From positions 10,703,003-10,767,002 of the forward strand of contig MU053934.1 of the NCBI GenBank assembly GCA_013239625.1: a stretch of 64,000 nucleotides of DNA. The letters run 5' to 3'. The stretch is from Lama guanicoe (taxonomy: Eukaryota). Positions 59,180 to 64,000 of the stretch are shown piece by piece. The notes beneath the pieces are model-generated. The model worked only from the letters and a program-made list of their open reading frames with translations, was not told the origin of the DNA and made no database searches. The first letter of the stretch is position 1. Each line of letters begins with the position of its first letter. The translations under genes were made by a program, and so were the position numbers.

Positions 59180-59975
59180 GATAGAAAAACCATTCTGTTA
59201 AAATAGCTGGTATAAGGAAGACATCACAGTCAGTTAGGATGGGAAGAAAAATCTATATTCATGCCCACTTTAAACAGATAAATAAAGCCTAAATATCATG
59301 TAACATCAAAATCAACAAGGTATTAAAGCAACACGCTGCAACCACACAAAGTTAATCACAGGAATGTAACAATGGTCAGAAAAACCTACCACAGTGGTTA
59401 TTATGCTAAGAGAATAAAGGATACATTTTAATGGTTTCGTTAGATGCTGAAGAAGCATTTGATAAAAGTCAGTGCTCGTTCCTGATGAAAACCACTTAGC
59501 AAACAAGGACAGCAATGAAAGACTCTTATCTTGATAGAATGTATTTACCAGAAAACTGAAGCAAGCACCATGCTTAATAGTGAAACATGAGTGACATTTT
59601 CTCAAGAAACAGTTCAGCAAGGATGCGCACCGCACATCGCTGTTTAATGCTGTGCTGAAGGTTCTAACCAGTGTAAAAATGAAACCGAACATGAGAAATA
59701 TCACATTATGCATATGAGAATGTTCTTTTCTACAAAAATGCAAAAGCATAAACTGATGAATGGCTCCCACTGGTCATGAGAGTCCAGAAACCTGGGACTG
59801 AATATATCAACCTGCTAAAGTCAATAGTTTTTCTAGAACCAGCAACAACCAAATAGAGAACGTAATGGAAATAAGAACACTCTATTCACAGCCGAAATAA
59901 TAACATAAAAGGACTCCAGACGATTCTAACCTGCTGAAAAAAGGGAAATTGGCTTGAATAGAAGAAGGGACATAC
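59180..59975 (+). mobile_element. Decayed L1 ORF2 reverse-transcriptase region
   Basis: ttagatgctgaagaagcatttgataaa translates to LDAEEAFDK (L1 RT motif IDAEKAFDK); no long open frame around it. Confidence 0.85.
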
Positions 59976-59976
59976 A

Positions 59977-60350
59977 TCACTGCTCAGACTGGCACAGCTC
60001 TGCAGCCAACAATCTGAAAACCTCAGTGGCTTAGCAAAATACAGGTTTTGCTTTTCCTTGCTCAGATAGTAGCTTTGTGCGAGTTTCCGGGATGTGGCCT
60101 TCCATGTGGCCATCCGGGGACCCAGGTTCCCCGGATGGGTCTCTGCGTGCAGGTGGAAGGTACCAGAAGTGGGGGGGGGGCGGCTCCTGTTGGCCAGATG
60201 GAGGTGACTCATACCATCTCTGCCCAGCTCCCGTTGTCTGGGACTTCTCACGTCGTGTCACCTGAATGTGAGGGAAGGTGAGACCTGTCGCCTCCGTGTG
60301 TCTAGGAGGAAAGGAACGGTGGTTTGGCAAATTAACAAGTGTCTTCCACC
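59977..60350 (-). mobile_element. MaLR LTR, MLT1J-like, inserted in L1
   Basis: aaacctcagtggcttagcaaaatacaggtt, gggacccaggttcc, tctgcccagctcccgttg, gtgtgtctaggaggaaaggaa. Confidence 0.7.
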
Positions 60351-61530
60351 CGCAGCAAGAAGAGATGTCGTAGAGATGTTATTCTTCCTCAAGAATCCAC
60401 GCGTCCACCTGCAGCCCCACCAGGCCCAACAGGTGTCATCACAGAGACGGGTGCCTTGATGCTCTAGTTTGTGTGGGCACTGGGTGTGCTGGAGCAGCCA
60501 GCACAACTGTGAAAAGATGCGACGTGAGCTTGCCCCGCTCGGTGTGACATAAAGGCAGGGGAACCGGAGCATCGTGACCTTAGTGCAGCGCACACACACG
60601 ATGCAGCGGAGCAGGTGCTGTGGAAACTGCCGGACACCTCAGGGAACTTGCCCGTGAGGTCAAATTAGCAGACGATAAAAGGGGTATTGCAAGTCCGCGT
60701 GTCCTGAGCCTGGCTCATCCATGCTGCTGGGATAGACCACCCACTTGCTAAAAAATCGCATAGATGGATCATGACTTGGAGTATATGCAGACACATTTCA
60801 ATTTGATTAAAAGTGTCTTAAAAATGTCTGTATGACCTGAGCAGGTGCAAGCTTAGTGATATGAAAGAATTAGAAATTATGTGGGGAAAGACTGACAAAT
60901 TCCCTGTGACAAATGACAAAATAGACGAAGTTAATTGGCAGCTGACAGAACGATGAAAATATTTTCAGTAGAAACCGCAAGGGATTAATATTCAGAATTT
61001 AGACAAGAGTCACACAAATCAACAGGCAAAGGACAACCAGCCGAGAACAGTCAGACGGTGTGAAGCACGGGCTTGCTGAGCACGAAACCAAGTGGCCAGC
61101 AGACACACGGACGTGCTCGAATGCAAGCTCAAGGTTGTTTCGCCTTTTATATTAGGGAAGAAGCAGAGTCACGACACGAAGTGCCAGGCAGGAGGGACTG
61201 TGTTTGAATTTGGAGGAACCATTCACTGATAAAGCCTTTTAGCGGGGTGGTTTATCCATGCATCAGAATTTTAAAAGCACAGCCTTCGATCCAGTCCTCA
61301 CATTTTAGGAATCCAGGTAAAACAAGAACCAATCCGTGTGCACAAGACACGTGTGCATGCGTGTGCAAAGACGCCCCTCACAGCAGTATGTGCAACAGCA
61401 AAAACAGGAAAGCGAATTCAATAATCATCAAGAGGACCACAGGTAAGTTAATCACATCAGAGCCAATCCACGGAGTCTTACAAAGCAGTTAGAAATGAAA
61501 GCAGCTCTACAACCTGCCTCGCAAAATGAG
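60351..61530 (+). mobile_element. Continuation of old L1 ORF2 and 3' end
   Basis: gtagagatgttattcttcctcaa, aagggattaatattcagaat, aaaagcacagccttcgatccag. Confidence 0.65.
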
Positions 61531-61536
61531 TAAGAC

Positions 61537-61865
61537 TTTTTTTTTTTTAAATAGGCTTTATTTTTTAGAGAAGTTTTGGATTCACAGTAAAAATGAGAGG
61601 AAGGTACAGGGATTTTCCAAATGCCACCCTCCCCACTCTCATATGCACATCGCTTCCCCACCGTCATTCGCCCACTAGAGTGTTAGGGTTGTTAAAACTG
61701 AGCCTACATCGGCACAGCGTTGTCACCTAAAGATCCACGCTTTACTTTAGAGTCCATTCTTGGTGCTGCTCGTTCTGTGGGCTTGGACAAATGTCTAATG
61801 GCACGTCTCCAGCACGGCTGCATGGTTCTGAGCAGTTTTAGTGCCCTGAGTGTCCTCTGTGCTTA
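61537..61865 (-). mobile_element. L1MC1/2-like 3' end
   Basis: poly-T, then aataggctttattttttagagaagttttggattcacag..ttctgtgggcttggacaaatgt..tgccctgagtgtcctctgtgct. Confidence 0.9.
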
Positions 61866-63469
61866 TTGTTTTGACTGCACAGACACAGTATATTGCATGT
61901 AGATGCATATAGACAACGTATGCACGTGTATTTTAATTTACACACATGTACTGTTCATTGTTTCTAAGAACATTTAGCGCTTTAGCTTTTTGAACGCACA
62001 TAGTTAACAAAGGAATAGAGCCAACCACGAGATAAGTATTAATTCAAAAAGAGTAAGACGTATTGTTAAGGGAAAAGAAAGCAGTCATAGAAAGGGTGCA
62101 GTATGGTCCCACTGATGTTGGAGCACCCACCCACGCGCAGGAGGAAGAGAGCGTTAAGGTCCGCAGCGAATGACCCGCCTCCGTGGCTTCTGGGCAGACG
62201 GGCACGCGGCAGGGAGCGCATGAGCTGAAGCAGACAGTTGACTTTTCCCCCATGTATTTCTAGAATCTCTTCCAAATGAAAATGCATCAACGTGTTAAAT
62301 ATATAATAAATAATGAGAGGGAGGAATTAGGCAAATGGTCTACCTCCTTTACTTCTGTTTAGAGTTTAGAAGTCCTTGGAATCAGATCAATTTTACAAGC
62401 GATCAATGAAGAGACACTCTAGGGCCAGCGTGCTGGCAGGCAGCATGGGTTCTGGAGGCTGGCAAGACATGTCTGTGCTGCCAATTGTCCGTCCTTCCTG
62501 TGAGAAAACTGTGCCCCAACTAAACACGTGAAATCCTGTAGCTAGTTATGCAGTATCCACGCTGTGGTGGACACAGTGCTGCGTGATGAGGACACCCATC
62601 TGTCTTTAAAATCATGACGTGATAGAAGGAACAAGCACTTTGCCCTCAGGAGAAACTCAGATCCTGAAGTTTCTTACAGAGAAAAGTAGGGTGAGTCTCT
62701 GAATCAGGCTGGTTTCGCCATTTGGGAACAAGAGCTAAGATGCCTTTACTTCATCCGCTTAGAGTCTCAGTGACCCTCAGATAAACAAATGAGACAATTT
62801 GAAAATGGACGCCCTCACACAGCGGTCCCGGCCATCTCCGGTAGGACAGGGTGGAGACCCTTCAGGTGTGCAGCGGAGTGTGTGTGAAGGGAACCCCCAG
62901 GGAGCAAGGTGACAGTGGCCCTGAAACAGGGCGGTTTAGAAGCTCTGCAGCCGCCGCTTCCCTGGGCTATTTTCCAACTTGTAAACTAAAATATTCTGAT
63001 TTTGACCAAAGAGATAAATCTTTGGGTCCCTGCAAGGAAGGGAGATATGAAAGTGATTCCTACAGAAATGCTGGAGACATGAAGGCCTCCACATTGAGCA
63101 GAAACCTTCCAGAAATAAACATCTGCCTGTGGACGGACAGGGCAACATGACAATCTCCAGCCGGACTCCAGGCAAAAAGATAAATTAGTACAAAGTGTCA
63201 GGTGATCACTCATAATGGTAACCATTGTGCCATCTGGATCTGGGACTTGAAATTACGCTTATTATCTGGTTAAGCGAGGCAGTCATGGTGGTCTCGGTCG
63301 GTGGCACCTAAGAAAACCCGGTAGGAACGACCTGAATTGTGTCTGAGGAAACACTCTCTCCATCAGGTCTGCCTACGTGATCTCCAGCAGGTAAGCTTCA
63401 CCGATCACAAGGTTAAGTTCAAAGTCACGAAGCGTTTACAGAAGCACCATGAGAAAGGGCATCAAAAGA

Positions 63470-63622
63470 GACGTCAGAGCCACGAGGCGGGAGGGGTCTG
63501 GGTCCCCGGGTCGCCACGCGGAAGGCTGCTATTTGGCCAAGGAAACAAAAAAACTTATATTTTGTTAACCCACTGAGATTTTTGGATTGTCGGCTGTAGG
63601 GCTGTGCTAGTCTGAGCAATGA
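63470..63622 (+). mobile_element. MaLR (MLT1H/J-like) 3' end
   Basis: aaacttatattttgttaacccactgagatttttggattgt. Confidence 0.5.
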
Positions 63623-64000
63623 TGTATGTCCCTTCTTCTATTCAGGCCAATTTTCATTTTTTCGGGAGCCTAGAGTCCTTTGAAAGGAAAATGGTATTAT
63701 ATATAATACATCATATGCCTATTATTACATACAGATACTGATACGTGGGTATGTTTCTGTAGATACATAGTGTTTTATGTTCACATGTTTTACTACTGGT
63801 TATGCGTTCCAGCATACATACTTCCCATTATTTTTGCTTCAAGCAGTCAATTTTTAGAAAGTATTTAAGATAAGAGAACAAAGCACATAGCCTTTAAATT
63901 TATCTACATATATAGAGATGAATATATATACATATAAACATGTCTATATCTACACATATATAATGAATAAAGGGGTAGAGTATTTCAGAGCAAAAATACA

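Noticed and set aside
59441..59467. Reverse-transcriptase motif LDAEEAFDK
   Set aside because: Dead L1 RT remnant with no extended open frame; not a retron or a domesticated RT.
63690..63960. TA-rich stretch with TATA-like words
   Set aside because: Low-complexity (TA)-rich sequence with no promoter context.

Overview
Mammalian, probably camelid, genomic DNA. The camelid call rests on two Vic-1-like tRNA-derived SINEs plus cetartiodactyl-type L1 3' ends. It is GC-rich over about 1-36 kb and 43-56 kb, with AT-rich L1 blocks at about 36-43 kb and 56-64 kb. I cannot support any protein-coding gene, RNA gene or CRISPR array. The many ORFs reflect high GC, low-complexity sequence or decayed L1. 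The window reads as intergenic or deep-intronic DNA with many ancient transposon fossils (L1M, L2, MIR, MaLR/ERV LTRs, MADE2, Kanga/MER104, MER3, MER58), several of them nested with visible target-site duplications (TSDs). Most notable non-repeat signals: (1) a TATA-Inr-splice-donor cassette at 18.4-18.9 kb that looks like a first exon; (2) several AT-rich islands packed with homeodomain, POU and GATA motifs that resemble developmental enhancers; (3) a CpG-island-like promoter region at 34-35.5 kb; (4) strong, patchy A/T-to-G/C drift inside old repeats, consistent with GC-biased gene conversion. Repeat family names come from my recall of consensus sequences, not from a RepeatMasker run, and most repeat boundaries are approximate. 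I found no evidence of a genuinely new biological system; the findings are candidates.
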